Below, piece by piece: positions 44,578 through 55,805 of a stretch of 64,000 bases of DNA (the first letter of the stretch is position 1; the number at the start of each line of letters is the position of its first letter). The notes under the pieces were generated by a model. It ran no database searches and was not told where the DNA came from. It worked only from the letters and a program-made list of their open reading frames with translations. Origin of the DNA: Nitrospirota bacterium (GTDB taxonomy: Bacteria; Nitrospirota; UBA9217); the NCBI GenBank assembly GCA_963796285.1, contig CAWCKW010000012.1, forward strand, positions 544,001-608,000. Reading direction: 5' to 3'. Both the position numbers and the translations under genes were made by a program.

Positions 44578-44586
44578 GATGTCGTA

Positions 44587-44889
44587 AAAAGTCATGATCA
44601 CCGACTACGCCGGTGATCATGACTTGGAACACCATGTGGTGTATGCAGCAACCAAAAAACAGTATCATATGACACAGGGAACCCCTTAAACAGCATCACG
44701 TCATGGGCAAGTATTCTCAATCTGTTCCGAACTTCCTGCCGGTGTTCAAATAAATCGAACGTCAATACCTTACAGATGAATTAAATCGCCACCATGAACA
44801 GTGACACCATAGGCATTCAAAATGACGCTTTGAAAACGGTCTATGAGATGGACGGATCCGCTTACCACCATATTATTAACGGTGTATGA
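44587..44889 (+). pseudogene. Degenerate third FimT-like pilin remnant
   Basis: Broken-frame pieces LEHHVVY..KKQYHMTQG, LPAGVQI and TIGIQNDALKTVYEM align by eye with LEHRVEF..NRRYRVKRG, FPTGVNM and TIAIQSAISKTIFEV of the 43119 pilin. Confidence 0.6.
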
Positions 44890-44895
44890 TTACAT

Positions 44896-44979
44896 CGTTA
44901 TAGTGAGCGACCACCGGGCGCTTGGCAATCTGGCTGTAAAATTTAGGATTGCTTCGTCGCAACGTTCCTCGCAATGACG
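44896..44979. repeat. Palindromic element resembling Rickettsia RPE-type repeats
   Basis: CGTTATAGTGAGCGA...GGCAATC on the left and GATTGCTTCGTCGC...CTCGCAATGACG on the right. Confidence 0.6.
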
Positions 44980-45045
44980 CGTTGTTGAGTGTGTTTGCAT
45001 TAGTACATCTTGACACTCTTAACTATACGGTTTATCCTGAGGAAC

Positions 45046-45621
45046 ATGAAAACGCCCATCATTCTCGCGTCAAACTCGCCTCGCCGCAAAGAGCTGCTGC
45101 GTCAGCTCGGTCTGGATTTCAGCATCGATCCGGCCGATGTGGACGAGCGCGTTCTGCCTAATGAAGTGCCGGAAGGATATGCTGTGCGGGTAGCGCTCGA
45201 CAAGGCGCGTCTCGCGGCCGCGCGGGCAGTCTCCGGCATTGTTATTGCCGCAGATACTATTGTTGTCGTTGATGACGAAATACTCGGTAAGCCGGCAGAT
45301 GCGAGTGATGCCGAACGAATGCTCAAAATGCTCTCCGGAAAAGCACATCGCGTGATCACCGGCCTTGCGGTCATGGATGTTGCTACGGGAAAGACCGTTA
45401 CCCGAACCTCGATCACCCGTGTCTGGTTCCGTCGCCTTGCGCAGCAGGAGATAGTTTCCTATATTGCCACCGGCGAACCACTCGACAAGGCCGGCGCTTA
45501 CGGCATCCAGGAACGAGGTGCTTTGCTGGTTGACAAGATAGATGGGTGCTATTTCAACGTCGTCGGACTACCGCTCTCACTACTCGGGAAACTGCTCCTT
45601 GATTTTGGCATTAATATGTAG
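45046..45621 (+). CDS. maf: Maf-family nucleoside triphosphate pyrophosphatase
   Basis: Motifs ILASNSPRRKELL, IAADT, LGKP, DKAGAYGIQ and NVVGLPL. Confidence 0.95.
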   Translation: MKTPIILASNSPRRKELLRQLGLDFSIDPADVDERVLPNEVPEGYAVRVALDKARLAAARAVSGIVIAADTIVVVDDEILGKPADASDAERMLKMLSGKAHRVITGLAVMDVATGKTVTRTSITRVWFRRLAQQEIVSYIATGEPLDKAGAYGIQERGALLVDKIDGCYFNVVGLPLSLLGKLLLDFGINM

Positions 45622-45692
45622 GCGTCGCGATATAACAGCACCGACCAGTTGCATTAAAATGCACTTCATCCTTTTTTATTACACGTCAGGCC

Positions 45693-45721
45693 TTGACAGC
45701 CGATCAATATCATACTAAAAT
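45693..45721 (+). promoter_or_regulatory. sigma70 promoter of the LuxR-family gene
   Basis: TTGACA-17 nt-TAAAAT. Confidence 0.75.
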
Positions 45722-45758
45722 ACTAACATATCCAACCGATACGGAAACGGGGGTTGTT

Positions 45759-46403
45759 ATGTCTATAATTCGTATAATGATCGTTGCAAACGACCCAAAT
45801 CAGATGCAAGCGCTTAACGCTGCACTTGACCAGCAGGATACAATGGGTATTATTTCAATTGTATCCTCGAGTGAAACCGCTATTAAGCAGCTGACAGCCT
45901 CTCCCGATATCATGCTCTTAAATCCCGAGGTGCTGAAAAAACATACTCTCTCGCGATTTATACACGCGATCCATACAAAGTCGTCCCGGACAAGGATCAT
46001 TCATCTTCTGCAGCGAACTCCTCCCGATGAAGATCTTATATATGACATCAAGGCGGGTGTCAGGGGATACATCAAGACGACCGATTCGCCTGCGATCATG
46101 ATAAAAGCAATTCAAGCTGTATTCAATGGAGAAATTTGGGCTGAACGCAGGATCCTGGAAAAGGCGATTTCAAATCCCGTGTTGTTGCCCGAGATACTTA
46201 ACGTGAACGTCCCGGGGCTTGCACCGCTTACGAGCCGGGAGAAGGAAATGCTCACCCTGGTCATGAAGGGTGAATCGAATAAGGAGATCGCGGCCAGGAG
46301 CAGTATCAGCGAGCGAACAGTAAAGACCCATCTGTATCGTGTATATCGGAAACTGAATGTTAAGAGCAGGACCAAAGCAATTGCATTATTCTCGCATTCG
46401 TAA
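45759..46403 (+). CDS. NarL/LuxR-family regulator with an atypical receiver domain
   Basis: C-terminal HTH LTSREKEML..GESNKEIA..ISERTVKTHL. The receiver lacks the phospho-Asp (DIMLLNP). Confidence 0.9.
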   Translation: MSIIRIMIVANDPNQMQALNAALDQQDTMGIISIVSSSETAIKQLTASPDIMLLNPEVLKKHTLSRFIHAIHTKSSRTRIIHLLQRTPPDEDLIYDIKAGVRGYIKTTDSPAIMIKAIQAVFNGEIWAERRILEKAISNPVLLPEILNVNVPGLAPLTSREKEMLTLVMKGESNKEIAARSSISERTVKTHLYRVYRKLNVKSRTKAIALFSHS

Positions 46404-46423
46404 CATTATTGGTTTCATCATTA

Positions 46424-46469
46424 AATACGACTTTAGGTCTATTGACATACAATCTTAAACTGCTATCCT
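46424..46469 (+). promoter_or_regulatory. sigma70 promoter with an abutting imperfect palindrome (candidate LuxR box)
   Basis: AATACGAC-TTTA-GGTCTATT overlaps TTGACA (46442-46447). An extended -10 TGcTATCCT follows at 46461-46469. Confidence 0.6.
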
Positions 46470-46475
46470 TTAACC

Positions 46476-46704
46476 AAATACTGCGCTGTGCCATTGCTCT
46501 CAGGTGAACAGAAGCTGGTACATTGGCGAGAAACTTCTATCCCCCCATGAATAAAGTTTAAGCCGACCAGAATCTATCACCAGGACGCAATAGTAAACAA
46601 CCAGTTAAAATAATTAGGTTTTGCAGCGCAGTAATGAAGGCGTCTTGATGACAAGTTGAGAGGAGAGATCCTTTCACAAAAAACATCGGGGCGCCTTGTT
46701 TTTT
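46476..46704 (+). ncRNA. Candidate novel structured non-coding RNA (about 230 nt)
   Basis: Nested helices found by eye, with G-U pairs only on the + strand, a GAGA tetraloop and a terminal U-run. It has its own promoter and no plausible ORF. Confidence 0.6.
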
Positions 46705-46814
46705 CCCCCTTTCAACAGAGCTGCACCAGCACTCCGATTCAATCTTCAACCAATCTAGTTGCGATTCCCACTCAAGCCTTGACGAGGCTGCAGAATGACT
46801 GTATCATGCGACCC

Positions 46815-48059
46815 ATGTCTGCCGTGCTTTTCACTGCCTATCTTTTCATCCTGGGGACCGGCTATTGGCTCAAGTACCTGAACCTTGCGTATTTAAAAGT
46901 TCATGGTAAAACCGTGCCTCCTGAATTTAAGGGTGTGGTCGGTCCGGCGCAACTGGAAAAAATATCCGATTATACATTGGAGAACAGCCGTGTCGGTTAT
47001 TTTGAATCAATCCTCGGTAACATCCTCACCATCCTCTTCCTTTTTGCCGGACTGCTCGGCGTCTACGATCGTTGGATACTTTCGCTAACCGGCTCGCTGC
47101 TCTGGGGAGGTTTGCTTTTTTCCCTCATCATGCTGTATGCTGAAACGCTGATCGATATTCCCTTCAGCCTCTACAGAAACTTCAAGATCGAAAATCGCTA
47201 TGGATTCAATACCATGACCATGCGTCTCTGGTTTATTGATCTGATAAAGTCAATCACGATCTCAACGGTCATTGGTTCTGTAGTCGTTCTCTCGGCGCTC
47301 GCGATCATCCAGGCCAGCCCCTCCTGGTGGTGGCTCTGGGTATGGATGTTTCTCTTGGTCTTCGGTATTTTCGTCATGTATATTTCGCCTTATGTCATTG
47401 AACCGCTCTTTTTTAAATTTGAACCGGTGAAAGCGGAGGGATTGGAAGAGAAGGTGCGCGTACTGATGGAACGCGCCGGTCTTAAGGTCGGCCGCGTGTT
47501 CCAGGTGGATGCGTCCCGCAGAAGCCGCCATTCGAATGCATACTTCACCGGCATCGGCAGGGTAAAGCGGATCGTATTGTTTGATACCCTGTTAGATCAA
47601 ATGACACACGAGGAGATCCTCGCGGTCCTTGCGCACGAGGTAGGCCATTGGAAGATGCGGCATGTGCTGAAGCGGATCGTCCTGACGGAGGCAATGGCGT
47701 TTTGCGGGTTGTTCCTGGCATTTCATCTTCTCTCGTGGGACGGGCTGCCGGGCATGATCGGACTCGCCAATGCATCGTTCTTCGCAAGGGTCGTTATCCT
47801 GGGATTTCTAAGCTCATTGGCCATGTTCCCGCTTACCCCGCTCTTTTCCTCTCTCTCGCGGAGAGACGAGCGCGAGGCGGACCAGTATGCTTCGGATCTT
47901 ACCGGTCGTCCTGATGCCATGGCGTCCGCCCTGGTGAAGCTTTCGCGGGAGAATCTTGCCAATCTGCACCCTCATCCGCTCTATGCGAAGTTCCACTACT
48001 CTCATCCGCCGGTTGTGGAGAGGATACGGAAGTTGAAGGCAGGAGCTACTAGCCAGTAG
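46815..48059 (+). CDS. M48 (Ste24-like) zinc metallopeptidase
   Basis: Motifs NAYFTG, RIVLFDTL, HEVGH, EREAD and YSHPP. Preceded by TTGACG-17-TATCAT, 7 nt before the ATG. Confidence 0.92.
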   Translation: MSAVLFTAYLFILGTGYWLKYLNLAYLKVHGKTVPPEFKGVVGPAQLEKISDYTLENSRVGYFESILGNILTILFLFAGLLGVYDRWILSLTGSLLWGGLLFSLIMLYAETLIDIPFSLYRNFKIENRYGFNTMTMRLWFIDLIKSITISTVIGSVVVLSALAIIQASPSWWWLWVWMFLLVFGIFVMYISPYVIEPLFFKFEPVKAEGLEEKVRVLMERAGLKVGRVFQVDASRRSRHSNAYFTGIGRVKRIVLFDTLLDQMTHEEILAVLAHEVGHWKMRHVLKRIVLTEAMAFCGLFLAFHLLSWDGLPGMIGLANASFFARVVILGFLSSLAMFPLTPLFSSLSRRDEREADQYASDLTGRPDAMASALVKLSRENLANLHPHPLYAKFHYSHPPVVERIRKLKAGATSQ

Positions 48060-48188
48060 TCAGGAGTCAGGGAAAATCCATTTTTGCCGCCTATCCGTTC
48101 GTCTTGCTGCCTTCTGTTTCTATCTCCCGGTCCTTGTCCCTACACTTTCCCATTGACCACCATCGTCATGTTGTGCTATTTTTGGACC

Positions 48189-48472
48189 ATGAAGAATCCC
48201 GCCTCTACTGCCCGCCTTGAACAGAAAGTGAAGCGTCTCTCAACGCTTATCGAAGTGAATGCTCTTAGCAGCTCGACTCTCAATCTTGACCAGAACCTTG
48301 AGAACATGATGGCAATCTCCAAGCAGGCGATAGATGCGGAAAGAAGAATATTGATGAAGTGGTGGTGCATGTCAGGGACGCGGGGAAGAACGTGAAAGAC
48401 GCTTCCGAAGAGATAAAGAAAGCCCGTGGAAGCTGCTTAGGAAGCCTTGATGTAGTAGTGAAGAGAACGTGA
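48189..48472 (+). pseudogene. Remnant of a GAF-domain signalling gene
   Basis: RLSTLIEVNALSSSTLNLDQNLENMM..IDAE resembles a GAF N-terminal helix and then degenerates. Its promoter TTGACC-18-TATTTT is retained. Confidence 0.5.
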
Positions 48473-48569
48473 ATAGATATTACAAAAATAGAGACTGGAT
48501 ATCGGGACAGTGATTGAACCTCAATCACTTAATCTCTTTTTTCTATTATGTCATTCTAAAGGAGTCTGA

Positions 48570-49827
48570 ATGTCGATCCAGGCAATTAAAGGTGTGAAGG
48601 ATGTGCTGCCGTCGGACATGCCGGTATGGCAATACCTCGAGGCGACGGCGCGCAGGCTGTTTGAGGACTTTGGGTTTGCCGAGATACGGGTCCCGGTTTT
48701 CGAATATACGGAACTGTTTGCCCGGAGCATCGGTACGTCAACGGACATTGTTGAGAAGGAAATGTATACCTTTGAGGACCGCGACGGGAGAAAGATCACG
48801 CTCAGGCCGGAGGGGACCGCGGGCGTGGTGCGCGCGTTCGTCGAGCACAAACTGTATGCCGATTCCCAGCTGACGAAACTGTATTATCTGGGCCCCATGT
48901 TCCGGCATGAGCGGCCGCAGAAAGGGCCGTTATCGCCAGTTCTACCAGATCGGCGTTGAAGCGATCGGACTCGACCATCCTCATGTCGATATCGAGGTCC
49001 TGGCGATGCTGCACGCTCTTTTCGCCAGACTCGGCATTACGGGCCTGAGCCTTCAGATCAATTCCCTCGGCGACAACGAGTGCCGGGGAGCATACCGGGA
49101 CGCGCTCAAACAGTATTTATCGACAAAACTTCCGACCTTGTGCGCGGACTGCCGGCGGAGGTACGAGACCAACCCGCTCCGCGTCCTGGACTGCAAGGTG
49201 GATGCGGACAAGTTCATGGACTCGCCGGTCATGCTCGATTATCTCTGCGATCCCTGCAAGTCGCATTTCGAGACCGTAGAACAGGGGCTGCGCAAGCTCG
49301 GGATCCCTTTTGAGGTCAACAAGCGCCTGGTGCGCGGACTGGACTATTATACCCGCACGACATTCGAGCTGGTCATGGGGCATATGGGCGCGCAGAATAC
49401 CGTGGCCGCGGGCGGCAGGTATGACGGTCTGGTCAAGGAGATCGGCGGTCCGGCAACTCCTGGGATCGGTTTTGCGCTCGGCGTCGAGCGGGCGATATCG
49501 CTCATGGATACCAGCAACGTGGTGTTTCCCCGGCCCGCGCTCTTCATTGCCGCGCTTGGTCCGGATGCCGTGGCGCTGGTGCTTCCGATCGTCCATCATC
49601 TCAAATCGTCAGGGATCCCGGTTGAGACGGATTATACGGGAGCAAGCCTCAAGAGCCAGATGAAGAAGGCGGACAAATCAGGCGCCGGCCACACGCTGAT
49701 CATCGGGGAACAGGAAATGAAGAACGGGATAGCGATCCTCCGCAATATGCAGAACAAGGAACAGGCCGAGATCGCTCTCGTGAACATAGAAGAGGAACTG
49801 AAAAACAGAATGGCACGCCGAGCATGA
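48570..49827 (+). CDS. hisS: Histidine--tRNA ligase (frameshift near 48925)
   Basis: Motifs [37 protein letters not shown] and GFALGVER. Confidence 0.96.
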
Positions 49828-50303
49828 GAGTTGGCGTGCTTTCAGACACTCATGTGCCGGCCGCTGCGCGGTCGCTTCCTCCGGTCGTCTTCGAACTTTT
49901 TAAGAACGTTGACCTCATTCTCCATGCCGGTGATATCGTTGATCTGTCCGTGCTCGACGAACTCAGGACTATCGCGCCCGTCGAGGCAGTCGCAGGCAAC
50001 ATGGACGGTTCCGAGGCCCATCTGACACTTCCCACTAAGAAGATCATCCTTCTCGGCGCCTTCAAGACCGGACTGATACATGGTAAATATAAAATAGATA
50101 TTCAGCGCGAGATGATCAGGAAAGAGTTCGATGATATTGATCTGATCGTCTACGGACATTCGCATACGCCCTTCTGGGGAAAGATCCACGGCGTATATTT
50201 CCTAAATCCGGGAAGCCCGACCGATAAACGGCATGCGCCGTACAATTCAGTCGCATTACTTGAGGTTGGGGACGAGTTGAAGGCGGAGATCATAAGAATA
50301 TGA
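49824..50303 (+). CDS. YfcE/MJ0936-type metallophosphoesterase
   Basis: Motifs SDTH, HAGD, GNMD, GHSH and NPGS. Confidence 0.9.
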   Translation: MRVGVLSDTHVPAAARSLPPVVFELFKNVDLILHAGDIVDLSVLDELRTIAPVEAVAGNMDGSEAHLTLPTKKIILLGAFKTGLIHGKYKIDIQREMIRKEFDDIDLIVYGHSHTPFWGKIHGVYFLNPGSPTDKRHAPYNSVALLEVGDELKAEIIRI

Positions 50304-50563
50304 TGACGAACGGGGCGTTGATCGATCATTTCCCTTGCGTTCATTACCGAATAAGACTATCGGATATCTGCGGTTGGAACAGTTGCAGGCAAGAAATCAA
50401 TGATCAGGCAGTCGTGTAAGCAACTGGACATGATCCTTAATCTGTCCGCATCAGATACTTTCATCGGCAAGGACGATAACGATACGGTTGATCGCAGGGA
50501 ATATGCGGACAACATCGTTTTAAGTTGCAAAGGACTCTGCTTTGTGATAAATTTCGACCATCT

Positions 50564-51995
50564 ATGGCGATTGAAAAAATAAAATTCGGGACCTCGGGCT
50601 GGCGCGGCGTGATAGCGGATGATTTTACCTTCAGCAGAGTGCGCGCGGTCACTCAGGCGATCGCCGACCATCTTGCCGCTCAGGGGTTGAAGGACAAGGG
50701 AGTGGTCGTAGGATATGATACGCGTTTTTTGTCTGAGCGATTTGCCGCGGAGTCCGTCAAGGTATTTGCGGCAAACGGGATACGCTCGTTTCTCTCGAAC
50801 AGGGATGTCCCCACCCCGGCGGTCGCCTTCGACATCATACGAAGAAAGGCCGCGGGAGGTATCAACTTCACCGCCAGTCACAACCCTCCGGAATATAACG
50901 GCCTGAAATTTTCCTCGGCCTGGGGCGGTCCGGCCTTGCCGGAAGCCACGAAAGATATAGAAGTGCGGGCCAACGCTCTCATTGATAAAAATTCCATCAT
51001 GACCATGTCGCTGGTTGAAGCAAGGCAAAAAGGGATGGTGGAAGATGAAGACCTCCGCAAAGCCTATCTCGATGATCTGAGAAAAAAGATAGATTTTGAA
51101 CCAATCAAAAAAGCTAAATTGAAGATCGCTGTCGATCTGCTCTATGGTACGGGCAGGGACTATCTGGACAGTGCTCTCAGGGATTCCGGATGCGCGGTCA
51201 CGCTTGTGCATGGCCATCGCGATCCGCTGTTCGGCGGCCGTTCTCCTGAACCGTCCGAGGAAAATCTCGCCGAACTTGCTGAGACGATGAAAAAAGGACG
51301 CTTTGACATCGGTCTGGCGGTGGATGGAGACGCTGATCGTTTCGGGGTCATGGACCCCGACGGGACCTACATTAATCCGAATCAGGTCCTTGCCCTGGTC
51401 CTTGATTATCTTTGCCGTACCCGGGGCTGGAAAGGCGGCGCTGCGCGCTCCATTGCCACTTCTCATCTCATCGACGCGGTTGCGAAGAAGCATTCGGATC
51501 GAGGTGTATGAGACGGGCGTTGGGTTCAAATTTATCGGAGAATTGCTGGTGCAGGGGAAGATCATCTTTGGCGGCGAAGAAAGCGCTGGAATGACGATCA
51601 AGGACCATGTACCGGAAAAGGACGGCATCCTTGCCTGCCTTCTGGTCGCTGAAATGGTTTCAAGCGAACGAAAATCGATCAAAGAACTGCTGAAGAGGCT
51701 TTATAAAGAAGTGGGGGCCATTTTCAACGACCGGGTCAATATACGGCTTACGGAATCCAATCGAGCGCAGGTCTACACACGGCTCGGTCAGCCCCTGAAC
51801 GAGTTCGGCGGACTTCGCATCAAAGGCAAGAAGACCACTGCGGACGGGACCAAGTACATGCTTGAGGACGACAGCTGGGTCCTGATGCGCGCGTCGGGCA
51901 CTGAACCGGTGGTCCGAGTGTATGTCGAGTCATCGTCCGAAGAGAATTTAAAAGCATTAATAGAAGCAGGGAGGAAGTTCATTCTCGGGCAGTGA
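50564..51995 (+). CDS. Phosphoglucomutase/phosphomannomutase (frameshift near 51495)
   Basis: Motifs FGTSGWRG, TASHNP, DGDADR, GGEESAG and RASGTEP. Confidence 0.93.
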
Positions 51996-51999
51996 GCCC

Positions 52000-52058
52000 A
52001 TTGCGGATTATGGAATGCGGATTTTAAATCCGAAATCTACAATCCGAAATCCGAAATT
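52000..52058. repeat. Inverted heptamer arrays (TGCGGAT / AATCCGA)
   Basis: Read directly from the spacer before eno. Confidence 0.8.
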
Positions 52059-52063
52059 GATAG

Positions 52064-53356
<1,293 letters not shown>

Positions 53357-53484
53357 AAGACAGAATAACAGAATGGCAGAACCAGATGCTGCAGAGATCA
53401 GAGGCGCACAGACTTGATCCAGACGCATAACTTTAATTCAGTCTGTGCTTTCGATGTTTTCCGTCATCTGACGATCTGAATCCC

Positions 53485-53877
53485 ATGGATCGACCTGCCT
53501 TCGAAATACTTGTTCAGAATTCCCTCCGAAAACTTCCCCGCAGGTTCAAACAGAAACTCGCCAACATCTCCGTTGAGATAGAAGACCGCCCTTCCCAGCA
53601 GCTCTTGAATGACATGGGAATACGGTCCGGTACGTTATTCGGTCTGTACCAGGGAGTACCGCTCACGAAGCGGGAATGGAATTACGGGAACATGCTTCCC
53701 GACAGGATCGTCATCTACCAGCACCCGATTGAGAGCGTTGCCGCATCGCCTGAAGAGATCGAAAAGATTGTTCAGGATACGGTGATCCACGAGATCGGCC
53801 ACTATTTCGGGTTTTCCGATAAGGAGTTGCGCGAAATAGAAGCTGTGAAAAGAAAGGATATGCAGAACAAGCGGTAA
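53485..53877 (+). CDS. Minimal zincin metallopeptidase (Zincin_1/DUF1025)
   Basis: Motifs LFGLYQGVPL, PDRIVIY and HEIGHYFG. Confidence 0.88.
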   Translation: MDRPAFEILVQNSLRKLPRRFKQKLANISVEIEDRPSQQLLNDMGIRSGTLFGLYQGVPLTKREWNYGNMLPDRIVIYQHPIESVAASPEEIEKIVQDTVIHEIGHYFGFSDKELREIEAVKRKDMQNKR

Positions 53878-53894
53878 GTTGATAATTTCTCTAA

Positions 53895-54374
53895 TTATCG
53901 GTACAGCTTTACGATCTTCTCAATGATCCCCGTTGTTGATGCGCCTTCAATATATCCAACGCTGATCACCTTCCCGCCCCTGGCTTCAACAATATCCCGG
54001 CCGACGATCTTCTCGATCGGCCAATCGCCGCCCTTGACCAGCACGTCGGGTTGGAGCTCAGCAATGATCCGGTGCGGATCGGGTTCAGGGAACAGGACGA
54101 CGTAATCAACGGACTCGAGTGCCGCGAGCGTTTCCATGCGGTCCGCAGCGGCGTTGATCGGCCTCTTTTCCCCTTTGATCCCGCGTACGGAGGCATCGCT
54201 GTTCACGGCCACGATCAGGAGGTCGCCAAAGGATTTTGCTTTCGAGAGATAACGCGTGTGGCCGGTGTGGATCAGATCAAAACAACCGTTCGTAAAGACT
54301 ATTTTTTTGCCCGCTGCGCGGAGGATGCCGAGGAGAGGCTGCAATTCCTGGACGGTCTTTATTTTAGTCTGCAT
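53895..54374 (-). CDS. rfaE2: D-glycero-beta-D-manno-heptose 1-phosphate adenylyltransferase
   Basis: Motifs FTNGCFDLIHTGH, VNSDASV, PDVLVKGGD and STT. Confidence 0.93.
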   Translation of the reverse strand: MQTKIKTVQELQPLLGILRAAGKKIVFTNGCFDLIHTGHTRYLSKAKSFGDLLIVAVNSDASVRGIKGEKRPINAAADRMETLAALESVDYVVLFPEPDPHRIIAELQPDVLVKGGDWPIEKIVGRDIVEARGGKVISVGYIEGASTTGIIEKIVKLYR

Positions 54375-54528
54375 GCGGAACTATAATATAAAAGCGAAAA
54401 GATTGCAAGGGGAGAGGAATCACAGGGGAGAGGAAGAGCAGGGGGAAATCGTGATCGAGGGAGCAGTTTCAGCCTGATATTGTTAATGCACCGGGTTCTT
54501 TCCGGATGATATCTTGTTCGCTGTGTAA

Positions 54529-55602
54529 TTAATCCTGGTGAAGAGAATATATCTCATCAAACAATGGGGCAATATCACGAAAGGCCTTCAATACCTCAGG
54601 GTCGAAGTGCTCCGGCATGGTTCTCCCGTCGCCTTGAGTAATGATCTTACAGGTCGTTTCATGGTCAAAGCCGGCCTTATACGGTCTCTTGCTGCGCAGG
54701 GCATCATACTGATCAACCAGCATGACTATTCTTCCCTCCATCGGGATCTGTTCTCCCTTAAGTCCTCTTGGATATCCTTTGCCGTCCCATCGCTCGTGGT
54801 GAGTAAGCGCTATGGATGCCGCAATCTGAATGCCGGGATAGGTCGATCCAGCCAGCATCTTTGCACCGATGGCAGAGTGTGTTTTCATGATCACAAATTC
54901 CTCGGAAGTGAGGGCCGCAGGTTTCAGAAGAATGCTGTCAGCGATGCCGATCTTGCCGAGGTCGTGCATAGGGCTAGCAAACGATATGGTCTCGACAAAG
55001 GATGACGGCATATCCATTGCCTCAGCGACCTTGTTTGAGTAGAGGCCGATCCTCGCGATGTGGAGGCCGGTGTCCGTGTCGCGGTACTCGGCAACGGCCG
55101 TCAATCGCTGGATGACCTCGTTGCTCATTTTTCTGACCATCGTCAGAGCGTCCGCCAGCTCCTGCGTCCGTATCCGTACCGTGTCTTCCAGCAGGCGCTT
55201 GTAATTCTTCTCCATTTTGAGGAAGCTGGTGTATTTGACCGCCTTTTCCACCGAGTGCACGAGATAGCTGGGATTATACGGCTTCGTGATAAAATCAAAT
55301 GCCCCGAGTTTGATCGCGTCTACGGCTATATCCAGTTCCGCGAACGCGGTCATCAGGATCACAGGGAGCTGTTGATCATAGGCGTGAATTTTTTGGAGGA
55401 GCTCGATACCGGTGATCTGAGGCATCTTGATGTCGGTCAAGACCACGTCGAAGGCGATCTTCTCGATCATGGCCATGGCATCAATCGAATGTTGACACGC
55501 GTACACTGTATAGCTGTACTCTTTTAACAAAGTTGAAATGGATTCAAGCACATAAGCGTCGTCATCGACAATGAGCAGCGTGTTATTTACCTTGTCGTCC
55601 AT
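54529..55602 (-). CDS. Response regulator with HD-GYP cyclic-dinucleotide phosphodiesterase domain
   Basis: Receiver motifs VDDD..TDIKMP..KP, then [16 protein letters not shown] and RPYK. Confidence 0.92.
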   Translation of the reverse strand: MDDKVNNTLLIVDDDAYVLESISTLLKEYSYTVYACQHSIDAMAMIEKIAFDVVLTDIKMPQITGIELLQKIHAYDQQLPVILMTAFAELDIAVDAIKLGAFDFITKPYNPSYLVHSVEKAVKYTSFLKMEKNYKRLLEDTVRIRTQELADALTMVRKMSNEVIQRLTAVAEYRDTDTGLHIARIGLYSNKVAEAMDMPSSFVETISFASPMHDLGKIGIADSILLKPAALTSEEFVIMKTHSAIGAKMLAGSTYPGIQIAASIALTHHERWDGKGYPRGLKGEQIPMEGRIVMLVDQYDALRSKRPYKAGFDHETTCKIITQGDGRTMPEHFDPEVLKAFRDIAPLFDEIYSLHQD

Positions 55603-55805
55603 CTATTTATGACCTTCCTGGAGAAGTGCGCGGCCGCCTCTCCAAATTCCAATCTTGGAATAGTATAGCGGAAATATTCAACAAATGCCAATTCTTCTCA
55701 TTATAGCAAATATTCTCTTCCCTATGGCGGTAAATATTTGGTATAATCTGCGCAACTACGGTTTCATGAATCCCTCTATTAAATGAACCGGACAAGGAGC
55801 ATACC

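Noticed and set aside
46558-46749. 63-aa minus-strand ORF and the 5' extension of the M48 ORF back to 46656
   Set aside because: No homology cues. The M48 gene has a clear promoter at 46779-46807 and an ATG at 46815, and the region is better explained as structured RNA.
50357-51682. Long antisense ORFs (also 13746-14744, 25268-26098, 29468-30253 and 58502-59443)
   Set aside because: They are shadow frames opposite well-supported GC-rich genes.
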